Shown in pieces: positions 37,843 through 46,967 of a stretch of DNA of 64,000 bases. The position numbers and the translations under genes are program-made. The stretch comes from an uncultured bacterium. Lineage in GTDB: Bacteria; Chlamydiota; Chlamydiia; Chlamydiales; SM23-39. Each line of letters opens with the position of its first letter. Positions within the stretch are counted from its first letter, which is position 1. The stretch covers positions 736,001-800,000 of the forward strand of contig OY970323.1 of the NCBI GenBank assembly GCA_963716985.1, given 5' to 3'. The notes under the pieces are model-generated. The model ran no database searches. It was not told where the DNA came from and saw only the letters and a list, made by a program, of their open reading frames with translations.

Positions 37843-39378
37843 ATGCAACTGATCCTGGATGAATATTTTCAAAAAGCGCTCTCTTTTTTAGAACAATCGC
37901 AAGAGAGTCTTTTCTTGACGGGAAGGGCCGGGACCGGAAAGTCCACCCTTCTTTCCTATTTTATCGAGAAGACAAAAAAAAATATCGTGGTCCTGGCCCC
38001 GACGGGGGTCGCAGCTCTGAATGTAAAGGGAGAAACGATCCACTCCTTTTTTCATTTCAAGCCCGGGGTGACATCTGAAGATGCGAAAAGGGAGGCAAAA
38101 AAGATCAAAAAGGTAGGTTTTTATCGATCGATTGAGATCATCATCATTGATGAAATTTCGATGGTCAGGGCCGACCTTCTCGATTGCGCGGATATCTTTT
38201 TAAAGACCCTCTTTTCGAGCAAAAAACCCTTTGGAGGCATACGCATGGTCTTCATAGGCGATCTCTACCAGCTTCCTCCACCTGTTTCAAAGGAAGATCG
38301 TGAATATTTTGAGGAGTTTTATGAAACTCCCTATTTCTTTTCTGCCCAAGTGATGAAGGATCGCTCCTTTTGTCCGCATTTTATCGAGCTGGAAAAGATT
38401 TATCGACAGAGCGATGAGACCTTCATCTCCCTCCTCAACAGCATTCGTAAAAATTCTCTTTCCGAAGAAGAACTGACCCTTCTAAACAAGCGCTTTCTTC
38501 TGCCCGAAAAGGACGACGGGTGTCTCTATTTGACCACCACCAACGCACAGGCAACCAAAATCAACGAAGAAAAATTATGCGCTTTAAAGGGCAAGCTCTA
38601 TGAATATGTTGCAGATATAGAAGGGAATTTCGATGCAAAAGCATTGCCGACCGATTGCTCTCTTAAGCTAAAGGTGGGTGCGCAGGTGATCTTTTTGACC
38701 AATCAGAGCGAAGGTCTTTGGGTCAATGGAACCATTGGAAAAGTGATGGGCATCGACCAAGATCGGATTTTTGTCGAAACGGAAGGGGGGAAAGAGGTCC
38801 AAGTCAAACGATTCAACTGGACGCTTTACAAATATGAGTTTGATGCAAAATCAAAAAAGATGTTCCAGGAAGAGGCGGGATCTTTTCATCAATATCCCTT
38901 AAAACTTGCCTGGGCGCTGACCATTCACAAAGCGCAAGGAAAAAGCTTTGACAAGGTCATTCTGGATTTAGAGAGGGGCTCTTTTGCCCACGGCCAGACC
39001 TATGTCGCGCTCAGCCGCTGTCGAACGATGGAGGGGCTCTTTTTAAAAAAACCGCTGCAAAGGGGGCATATCCTTATGGATCTGCGAGTGGTGAAGTTTT
39101 TGACGCAGTATCAGTATGCACGTGCGGAAGAGATCTGCTCGACGGAGGAAAAAGTCGCTCTCATTCAACAAGCCATCCAAGAAAAAAAATTCCTTCAGAT
39201 GGTCTATTTGAAAAGCGACGATCAAAAATCCTTTCGAAAAATTCTTCCCCATTTTGTAGGCGATATGGAGTATCAAAACAAAAAATATCTAGGCATGGAA
39301 GCCTTTTGTTCCGAGCGAAATGAAAATCGCGTTTTTCGGATCGATCGCATTTTGGAATTAACTATTGCCGGAACTTAA
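37843..39378 (+). CDS. Pif1/RecD-like SF1B helicase with C-terminal WYL domain
   Basis: GRAGTGKS, APTGVAA, IIDEISM, GDLYQLPP, TIHKAQG and YVALSR motifs; C-terminal ...YLGMEAFC..RNENRVFRIDRI. Confidence 0.88.
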   Translation: MQLILDEYFQKALSFLEQSQESLFLTGRAGTGKSTLLSYFIEKTKKNIVVLAPTGVAALNVKGETIHSFFHFKPGVTSEDAKREAKKIKKVGFYRSIEIIIIDEISMVRADLLDCADIFLKTLFSSKKPFGGIRMVFIGDLYQLPPPVSKEDREYFEEFYETPYFFSAQVMKDRSFCPHFIELEKIYRQSDETFISLLNSIRKNSLSEEELTLLNKRFLLPEKDDGCLYLTTTNAQATKINEEKLCALKGKLYEYVADIEGNFDAKALPTDCSLKLKVGAQVIFLTNQSEGLWVNGTIGKVMGIDQDRIFVETEGGKEVQVKRFNWTLYKYEFDAKSKKMFQEEAGSFHQYPLKLAWALTIHKAQGKSFDKVILDLERGSFAHGQTYVALSRCRTMEGLFLKKPLQRGHILMDLRVVKFLTQYQYARAEEICSTEEKVALIQQAIQEKKFLQMVYLKSDDQKSFRKILPHFVGDMEYQNKKYLGMEAFCSERNENRVFRIDRILELTIAGT

Positions 39379-39386
39379 AAGAGTTT

Positions 39387-41141
39387 TTAGCGCACGTTTT
39401 TTTGTTTCTTGAGATAGGCCTGTATTTTAGCTACTTTAAGCGTGTTGAGGACATCCTCTTTTCGAAGCCATCCTTTTCGAGCAATTTTAACGCCGCTTTG
39501 AACGAATGCAAGATCCTCGGTAGAGTGCGCATCGGGGTTGATCATTGTTTTTAGCCCCTTGTCTCTTGCTTTATGCCAGAGGCGCCAGTCCATATCGAGC
39601 CGCATCGGGTGGCCATTGAGTTCGATGATTTTTCCATTGGCGATGCAGGCATCGATGATTTTGGCCGCGTTGATCTGATAGGGCTCTCTTTCCAATAAGA
39701 GCCTGCCTGTCAAATGGCCGACGATGGTGGAATAGGGATTCTCAATGGCTTTGATCATGCGCGCTGTCATGGTTTTTTCATCTAATTGAAAGGATCTGTG
39801 GATCGAGATGATGACAAAGTCGAGCTCTTTGAGAACATCATTTGGAAAATCAAGCTTTCCGTCATTTAAAACGTCGCACTCGATCCCGGAAAAGATGTAG
39901 GGAGAAAATTTTTTTAACCGATTGATCTTGTCGATTTTTTCGGCCTGCTCGATCAGAGACTTTTTTCGCATTCCATTGGCTTGGAAACTCGACTCGGAAT
40001 GGTCGGAGATCCCGATATACTCCCAGCCCATTTCTTCAGCGGCTTTGACCATTTCTTCCAAGGTGTTGTGGCCATCGGAGCTAGTGGTATGGCAGTGAAA
40101 AGCGCCCCGAAGATCCGTCTCTTCGACCAAACGGGGAATTTTGGCTTTTCCCGCAGCTTCTATTTCACCCATGTTTTCGCGAATCTCCGGAGGAATATAG
40201 CAAAGTCCCAAAGCTCGATAGATCGCCTTTTCTGTTGGGGCTTTTTTTAGGTTTTTAGGAAATAGGGGTCGATGGTCTTTATCCAAAGGATCTAGACCAT
40301 ATTCACTGAGAATATAGCCGCGCTCTCTTGCGCGGCGCCGCAGTTCAATATTATGCTCTTTAGATCCCGTAAAATAGAGCAGGCCAAAACCAAACTCCTT
40401 TTCGGGCAATATCCGAAGATCTACCTGGATTTCATCTTTTAATCGCACCGAGGCTTTGGTGGGCCCCTTGGCCAGAATTTTCTTGATGAAGGGCTGTTTG
40501 GTAAACCATTCCATGACTTGTAGAGGCTTAGATGATGCGACTAAAATGTCCAGATCTCCCACCGTTTCAAGCCCTCTGCGAAAACTTCCGGCAATTTCCA
40601 CTTTTTTTACATTCTTTACATGCAAAAAATCCTCGATGATCGGCCCTGCGATGGTTTGGGCATCCCACCAGAGCATCCGCTTTCCATAGATTTTGATCTT
40701 TGCAATACCATTCAATAAATTACTTTGCGTTTTTTCGCCGAACCCCGACAATTGGGCCACCTTTCCCAATTTGCAGGCTTTTGTCAGGTCCTTTACGGAC
40801 CGAATGTTGAGTTTTTCATAGAGAATTTTTACTTTTTTGGCGCCCAGTCCCGGTATGTTCAACAGCTCGAGCAGGGGAGGCGGTATGGACTTTTTTAATT
40901 TTTGATAAGCGGGAAGAGTGCCCGTTGTGACGAGCGTAGTAATTTTTTGTGCAATCCTTTGTCCGATCCCCGGGATATTTTCCAGCTTTTTTTCAGAGAC
41001 CAAGGTTTCAATATCTTCATTTAATGCTTCGACGGCCCTTGCCGCATTATGGTAGGCGCGAATTTTGAAGGGATTGTCGCCTTTGAGGGCAAGAAGCGTG
41101 CCCATTTCATCCAAAATATCTGCAATTTCATGTTTGTCCAT
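39387..41141 (-). CDS. polX: DNA polymerase X with PHP domain
   Basis: NPFKIRAY, IPGIG HhH, AGSFRR, GDLDIL, FTGSKEHN, HCHT..SDG and DAH motifs. Confidence 0.95.
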   Translation of the reverse strand: MDKHEIADILDEMGTLLALKGDNPFKIRAYHNAARAVEALNEDIETLVSEKKLENIPGIGQRIAQKITTLVTTGTLPAYQKLKKSIPPPLLELLNIPGLGAKKVKILYEKLNIRSVKDLTKACKLGKVAQLSGFGEKTQSNLLNGIAKIKIYGKRMLWWDAQTIAGPIIEDFLHVKNVKKVEIAGSFRRGLETVGDLDILVASSKPLQVMEWFTKQPFIKKILAKGPTKASVRLKDEIQVDLRILPEKEFGFGLLYFTGSKEHNIELRRRARERGYILSEYGLDPLDKDHRPLFPKNLKKAPTEKAIYRALGLCYIPPEIRENMGEIEAAGKAKIPRLVEETDLRGAFHCHTTSSDGHNTLEEMVKAAEEMGWEYIGISDHSESSFQANGMRKKSLIEQAEKIDKINRLKKFSPYIFSGIECDVLNDGKLDFPNDVLKELDFVIISIHRSFQLDEKTMTARMIKAIENPYSTIVGHLTGRLLLEREPYQINAAKIIDACIANGKIIELNGHPMRLDMDWRLWHKARDKGLKTMINPDAHSTEDLAFVQSGVKIARKGWLRKEDVLNTLKVAKIQAYLKKQKNVR

Positions 41142-41443
41142 GAGCAACACCACGCGATGGGTCTTTTTTCTACGTATAAACGTACGTATAAACGTAAGGG
41201 CGCTCTCTCTTCAATAAAAATCAAAAATTTAGAACTGTGGAATGGAAATTTTTTTTGTTGATGATTTTCTTGGGACAGTTGTCCATCTTAAGCATTATTT
41301 GTAAAAACAAAATTTTTTTGTTAATTACAATTTCCTTTTTCTGTGTTAATTTTTTTAAAAGACAGGTCTTCTTGACTATATGTTTGTTATTTGCTATTCT
41401 TATTAAGAAATAACCAAAAACCAACAATAAAAGAGGTTTTTTT

Positions 41444-42046
41444 ATGTCAAGTATAGCAAATAAACTTAACTTTTTGGGACCTCTCGCGGGTTCTTCCTGG
41501 ACAAATCCTTGGTATCGTCCATTTACGCCGCAAGCAGAAAAAGCAGGTATGTCTTATGGATTGCATGCGGCAACGGATCTTTCACGTCATGCGAACAATA
41601 TGAAAGATGGACATGTTAAAACCATGGCGAGAGTAGTTGCCTTTGCAGTCGACTGTTTCACATCGATCTTCGGCAATCCGGTTGCTCTCTTGTATAACGG
41701 TACAATTGGAGCTGCTAGAAACATGCTCATTCGTAGGGACAATAGAAAAAGTGAAAGAAAAGTCCTAGAAGCGAGAACATCTTGGAAGCCTACTTCTTAT
41801 AGAGCGTTTGCTACTTATACTGTTTTAGCCGCTGCTGGAATTGTTCTGGCTGTTGCAGCAATGAAAATGAATGCTACACACACTACACCTTCTAATAATA
41901 CTACACACACTACACCTTCTAATAATACTACACTTCCTACGCCTCCTAAGACTCTGTGTGTACCTAAAACTACATGCTCGAGACCTCATTGGTATTCATC
42001 ACTTTCTACTACCAAATGTGTAACAACTGTGTGCCCAAAAGTATAA
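41444..42046 (+). CDS. Membrane protein with Thr/Pro/Asn-rich repeats and Cys-rich tail, copy 1
   Basis: 200 aa; TM segment followed by (THTTPSNNT)-like repeats and 4 Cys. Confidence 0.8.
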   Translation: MSSIANKLNFLGPLAGSSWTNPWYRPFTPQAEKAGMSYGLHAATDLSRHANNMKDGHVKTMARVVAFAVDCFTSIFGNPVALLYNGTIGAARNMLIRRDNRKSERKVLEARTSWKPTSYRAFATYTVLAAAGIVLAVAAMKMNATHTTPSNNTTHTTPSNNTTLPTPPKTLCVPKTTCSRPHWYSSLSTTKCVTTVCPKV

Positions 42047-42085
42047 TTTGTCCTTGACCACAGTCGAGGCAAAGAATCGTTAAAA

Positions 42086-42117
42086 GAAGAAAGCCAACCA
42101 TTAGGGTTGGCTTTTTT
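42086..42117. terminator. Bidirectional intrinsic terminator (related copy at about 43132-43162)
   Basis: AAGAAAGCCAACC-ATTAG-GGTTGGCTTTTTT. Confidence 0.8.
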
Positions 42118-42489
42118 ATTGTCCGTATTTTTGCCATGACATTCGTTGCAGACGTTTAAGGGGGATTTTGATTCCTTGGCCAATTGCCCGCCTCTCCTGA
42201 GGGCGTTGTAGGGGATGGCGACGTCCAAAAGAGATTTGGTGTCATAGTTGAGAAGGCGTTTTTCCGATTCGGTTTGCCACTGTTGAATAAAAATTTTTTA
42301 TTATTATTGTTTTTTTTGTCTCCAAGCACATCTCAGGATAATTTGTAAAAACAATTTTTTTTATTAACTATATCTTCATTGTTTATTTGTTAATTTTTTT
42401 TAAAACACAAGTTCTCTTGACTATATGTTTGTTGTTTGCTATTCTTTATTAAGAAATAGCCAAAAACCAACAATAAAAGGGGTTTTTTT

Positions 42490-43092
42490 ATGTCAAGTAT
42501 AGCAAATAAACTTAATTTTTTAGGGCCTCTCGCGGGTTCTTCCTGGACAAATCCTTGGTACCGTCCATTTACGCCACAAGCAGAAAAAGCAGGCATGTCT
42601 TATGGATTGCATGCGGCAACGGATCTTTTACGTCGTGCGAACAATATGAAAGACGGATATGTTAAAACCATGGCGAAAGTATTTGCCGTTGCTATCGACT
42701 GTTTCACATCGATCTTCGGCAATCCGGTTGCTCTCTTGTATAACGGTACAATTGGAGCTGCTAGAAACATGCTCATTCGTAGGGACAATAGAAAAAGTGA
42801 AAGAAAAGTCCTAGAAGCGAGAACATCTTGGAAGCCTACTTCTTATAGAGCGTTTGCTACTTATACTGTTTTAGCCGCTGCTGGAATTGTTCTGGCTGTT
42901 GCAGCAATGAAAATGAATGCTACACACACTACACCTTCTAATAATACTACATACACTATACCTTCTAATAATACTACACTTCCTACGCCTCCTAAGACTC
43001 TGTGTGTACCTAAAACTACATGCTCGAGACCTCATTGGTATTCATCACTTTTTACTACCAAATGTGTAACAACTGTGTGCCCAAAAGTATAA
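42490..43092 (+). CDS. Membrane protein with Thr/Pro/Asn-rich repeats and Cys-rich tail, copy 2
   Basis: 200 aa, near-identical to copy 1. Confidence 0.8.
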   Translation: MSSIANKLNFLGPLAGSSWTNPWYRPFTPQAEKAGMSYGLHAATDLLRRANNMKDGYVKTMAKVFAVAIDCFTSIFGNPVALLYNGTIGAARNMLIRRDNRKSERKVLEARTSWKPTSYRAFATYTVLAAAGIVLAVAAMKMNATHTTPSNNTTYTIPSNNTTLPTPPKTLCVPKTTCSRPHWYSSLFTTKCVTTVCPKV

Positions 43093-43145
43093 TTTGTCCT
43101 TGAGCACAGTCGAGGCAAAGAATCGTTAAAAGAAGAAAGCCAACC

Positions 43146-44684
43146 TTAGGGTTGGCTTTTTTTATTGTCCGTGTTTTTGCCTGTATATTCTTTGCAAACG
43201 TTTAAGAGGGATTGTGATTCCTTGGCCGATTGCCAGCCTCCCCCGAGGGCTTTATAGAGGATCACGACGTCCAAAAGAGATTTGGTATCATAGTTGAGAA
43301 GGATTTTTTCCGACTCGATCAGCTTCTGTTCGGCAGTGAGATAATCGATCACGTTCACGAGGCCCTTTGTATAGCGCGCATTGGAGAGGTCTGCAAAATT
43401 TAGGTTTTTTTCTACGCTCATTTTTTGATTTTTAGAGGTAGACAGATCCTCTTGATAGTTTTTTATGGCGCTTTCCGTTTCGGAAAGAGCGTTCAAGATG
43501 GTTTGCTGATAGGTATAGGCCGTCATAGCCGTTTCGGCTCTTGCAACTTTTAGATTGCCCACGAGCTTTCCTCCTTTAAAAATAGGAAGGTTGATATCTC
43601 CCCCGTACATCCAAGTCTTGCTGGGCAGTTGAAAAAAATTGCTCAGCTTTAAAGATTGAAGACCGGCATCTAGCCCTAAGACAATCGTGGGGTAAAAATC
43701 AGCAACGGCCACTCCGATGTTGGCAACGGCCTCAGCGAGATCCCTTTCTGCTTTTCGGATGTCCGGACGGCGTCGCAAAAGATCGGACCTGATCCCGATT
43801 GCAATGGCAACGGGTGCTTGAGGCAGAGGTTTTTCTAAGAGAAGCTCTTTTGTAAAGGTTTCGGGCAGCTCTCCTGTAAGAGTAGAAAGTGTATAGATAG
43901 ACTGATAGATTTGAGCGATCAAAATGGGCAGATCCGCCCGAGCGGCTGCCAGCTCTGCTTCAAAGCTGTCTAGATCGAGAAGATTTTTGTATCCATCTTG
44001 GTAGCTTTTTTTCAGCACACTTACGCTTTGCTCGAGAATGGAAATGTTCTTTTCTACCAAATTTTTCTGTTTTTGAAAGCTTCTGATTTCGATGTAATTT
44101 CTCGCAATTTCTCCCATCACGGAAATGAGTATGTCGTTTCTCTGTTCGATCGAGCTGCCGATGGCGGCAGAAGCTGCTTGCACCGATCTTCGGGTTTTGC
44201 CGAAGAGATCGAGTTCCCACGATACGTCGAAAAGCGCATTGAACAGATTTTGGATCTGAAAAGCGTGTGCTGTCGGAGCCGCAGCTCCTGCTTCCGTGAC
44301 GATGGGTCCATTTTTACTATATTCGGTTCTCGATCCATTGGCATCAAAACCTACTTGGGGATAGAATTTTGAGGCTGCCACTTGGCGTTGCGCTCTTGCT
44401 TTCAGGATGTTGGCCTCTGCTCTGAGCAGATCTTTATTGTTTTCCATTCCACGCTCTATGTATTTGGTGAGCAGAGGGTCTTGAAACACTGTCCACCACG
44501 CTGCGCTGGGCTCTTCTTTTAAGAAAGAGACCTCCGGGCTATTTTCTTCCTGCCAGTCTTTGGAAATATTGTTGGCGGGTTTTTTGTAGTTAGGGCCGAC
44601 CATACACCCGCTCATCGCAGCGCTGAAAGAAATGAGCATGCAGGTGATTTTCAAAGAATGTTTTTTGATAGAATTGAGCTTCAT
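43146..44684 (-). CDS. Efflux outer-membrane factor lipoprotein (NodT/TolC family)
   Basis: Lipobox SGC-MVGPNY, SWELDLFG, LLRRRPDI and LYKALGGGW motifs. Confidence 0.92.
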   Translation of the reverse strand: MKLNSIKKHSLKITCMLISFSAAMSGCMVGPNYKKPANNISKDWQEENSPEVSFLKEEPSAAWWTVFQDPLLTKYIERGMENNKDLLRAEANILKARAQRQVAASKFYPQVGFDANGSRTEYSKNGPIVTEAGAAAPTAHAFQIQNLFNALFDVSWELDLFGKTRRSVQAASAAIGSSIEQRNDILISVMGEIARNYIEIRSFQKQKNLVEKNISILEQSVSVLKKSYQDGYKNLLDLDSFEAELAAARADLPILIAQIYQSIYTLSTLTGELPETFTKELLLEKPLPQAPVAIAIGIRSDLLRRRPDIRKAERDLAEAVANIGVAVADFYPTIVLGLDAGLQSLKLSNFFQLPSKTWMYGGDINLPIFKGGKLVGNLKVARAETAMTAYTYQQTILNALSETESAIKNYQEDLSTSKNQKMSVEKNLNFADLSNARYTKGLVNVIDYLTAEQKLIESEKILLNYDTKSLLDVVILYKALGGGWQSAKESQSLLNVCKEYTGKNTDNKKSQP

Positions 44685-45790
44685 TCCAATCTCCTTCGGA
44701 AAAAAAAGCCGGAAAATACAATGTTAAAAAAGCCGATCACAACCATCGGCCATAGATTGCTGAGCACAATGCCAAGCGGCATCTGTTTGAAAAAAATGCC
44801 CTTGGAAATGACCAGCATGTATTTCATGGGAATCAAATAGGTGATCGGCTGCAGCCAAGCGGGCATGTTCTCGATGGGTGTTGCAAATCCGGACAAGATG
44901 ACGGCGGGCGTGAGGAAGAGAAAACTGCCAAGAAGCGCTTGCTGCTGTGTTCTCGATAGAGAAGAGATAAAGAGTCCGATTCCGCTGATGGAAGCAACAA
45001 AGATGAGCAAACTGAAGAGGTATAGGAGAATTGATCCCGTGAAGGGTACCTGCAGAATGAGAGTGCCGATTGACAGCATCGCGCATCCTTCGATGCTGGC
45101 GATCAGTATGCCGGGAAGGATTTTGCCGATGACAATTTCAATCGGGACCAGAGGGGAGACCAGAAGCTGGTCGAAAGTGCCGAGCTCTCTTTCGCGGGCC
45201 ACCGATTGCCCGGTAACCACAAGGCAGGTTACCATGGACAAAAGCACGACAAGAGAGGCGATATTGTACCAATAGTAGATGATGTTTGGATTGTACCAGT
45301 TTCTAGGCTCCAGCCGGACGTTTTCTTGAAAGATCTCTTCTCTGGCCTCGATATCATTATTGAACTGATAGAGAATGCTTGTTGCATAGCCCGCTAAAAT
45401 CTGTGCCGTGTTGGATTTTCTTCCATCCATGATGAGCTGCACATTGGCAGGCTTTCTTGCGTCGAGATTGCGGGAAAACTGTTCATCGATCGACACAACC
45501 ATTACTCCTTTTTGATTGTCGATAAAGGGAGCGATCTCTTCGACTCCCTTCAAATAGATGATGCGGCTGAAGATGGGAGATCCTTGGAATCGCTCCGTGA
45601 GCTCAAATCCCTGCTCTCCATTGTCGCGATTCAAAATGCCGATGGGAACGTTTTTTACGTCGAGTGTGGCCGCATAGGCAAAAATCAAGAGTTGCACGAG
45701 AGGAGGAAGGAAAATGGAGAATCGGCTTTTCGGATCGCGCAAAACGGCTAAAATTTCTTTCCAAATCAGAGATCGAATGCGATTCCACAT
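44681..45790 (-). CDS. ybhR: ABC-2 transporter permease (YbhR-like)
   Basis: DGRKSNTA, ARERELGTFDQLLVSP and LSGFATPIENMP motifs. Confidence 0.85.
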   Translation of the reverse strand: MWNRIRSLIWKEILAVLRDPKSRFSIFLPPLVQLLIFAYAATLDVKNVPIGILNRDNGEQGFELTERFQGSPIFSRIIYLKGVEEIAPFIDNQKGVMVVSIDEQFSRNLDARKPANVQLIMDGRKSNTAQILAGYATSILYQFNNDIEAREEIFQENVRLEPRNWYNPNIIYYWYNIASLVVLLSMVTCLVVTGQSVARERELGTFDQLLVSPLVPIEIVIGKILPGILIASIEGCAMLSIGTLILQVPFTGSILLYLFSLLIFVASISGIGLFISSLSRTQQQALLGSFLFLTPAVILSGFATPIENMPAWLQPITYLIPMKYMLVISKGIFFKQMPLGIVLSNLWPMVVIGFFNIVFSGFFFRRRLE

Positions 45791-45791
45791 A

Positions 45792-46967
45792 TCAGTCCAG
45801 CCTTTTCACTGTTTTCCGAGCCACGAAAAGCAAAAAAACAACTCCGATAAAGGTCATGACGGCCATATTGTAGAAGAACATCGACCAGACATTGCCGACC
45901 AGAAAGATGGTTTGCAGGCATTGGACAAAGTATTTTGCGGGAATCAGATAGGTGAACAGTTGAATCGGAAAGGGCATGCTGTAGATTTCGAAAAGAAATC
46001 CGGACAAGATATAGGAGGGCATGAAGGCGGCAATCAGTGCAATTTGCGAGGCGATCATCTGGTTTTTGGCAAGCGTTGATACCAAAAGGCCAAATCCAAG
46101 CGCCGTGAATAGGAATATAGATGAAATGAGTCCAAGCACGAGATAGGACCCGCGCATCGGAAGTCCAAATCCTAAGACCGAGATGGCGGTGCAAAGGGCC
46201 ATGGAAAGCATTCCCAGAAAAAAGTAGGGAATGATTTTTCCGAGAACGAGCTCTACGATTCCAACGGGCGTGGACATCATCGATTCCATCGTTCCTCTCT
46301 CCCATTCTTTGGCGACGACCATCGCCGTTAAAAGCGTGCCGATCAGAGTCATGATAATGGCTAAAGCTCCCGAGAGGAGAAAATAACGGCTCTCCAGCTC
46401 TTCATTGTACCAATATCGTGGCTGTGGGTTGATCAGCGGATATCCGTGAAAATTGCGCGTCAGCACCTCCTGCTGCATCCAGTTTTGAAAAACTCCTTGC
46501 GCATAATTTTGTACGAAATTTGCCGTATTGGGCTCGCTGCCGTCGCCAACGACCTGGATGGGGGCAACTCGATCGGATCGATGTCTAAAAGCGGAAAAAT
46601 AGGAGGGAACAACGATGAATCCCCGAATGTCTCCTCGAATGATTGCGTCCCCGAGCTCGCCTCTCTGGCGGACCATTGTGACGTCGAAGTAGCGAGAATC
46701 GGTGATCGATTTTGCAAAGCTCTGCACATCGGGCGCCGTATCTTCTAACACGAGGCCGATGCGCAGGTGGTTCATATCTAAGGAAACGCCATAGGCATAT
46801 AAAAAAAGCAAAAGTATGGGCAAAAAAATGCTAATCAGGAAAGTGCTTGGATCCCGAAGCATTTGAAACGCTTCTTTTTTGATCAAGGCCCTCAGCCGTC
46901 GTTTACGGCCCTTCGAGAGTTCTTTTAAAAGTGGGTCAGAGGGGGTTTTTTGCATCATGCTCTTCAA
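45792..46967 (-). CDS. ybhS: ABC-2 transporter permease (YbhS-like)
   Basis: DGSEPNTANFVQNY and AKEWERGTME motifs. Confidence 0.85.
   Translation of the reverse strand: MKSMMQKTPSDPLLKELSKGRKRRLRALIKKEAFQMLRDPSTFLISIFLPILLLFLYAYGVSLDMNHLRIGLVLEDTAPDVQSFAKSITDSRYFDVTMVRQRGELGDAIIRGDIRGFIVVPSYFSAFRHRSDRVAPIQVVGDGSEPNTANFVQNYAQGVFQNWMQQEVLTRNFHGYPLINPQPRYWYNEELESRYFLLSGALAIIMTLIGTLLTAMVVAKEWERGTMESMMSTPVGIVELVLGKIIPYFFLGMLSMALCTAISVLGFGLPMRGSYLVLGLISSIFLFTALGFGLLVSTLAKNQMIASQIALIAAFMPSYILSGFLFEIYSMPFPIQLFTYLIPAKYFVQCLQTIFLVGNVWSMFFYNMAVMTFIGVVFLLFVARKTVKRLD

Larger units (their letters stand above)
41300..43330. repeat. Tandem duplication with a period of 1046 bp (promoter, gene, terminator and 3' tip of the efflux OMF gene)
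   Basis: 41444-42046 versus 42490-43092; 42060-42285 is a diverged copy of 43105-43330. Confidence 0.92.
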
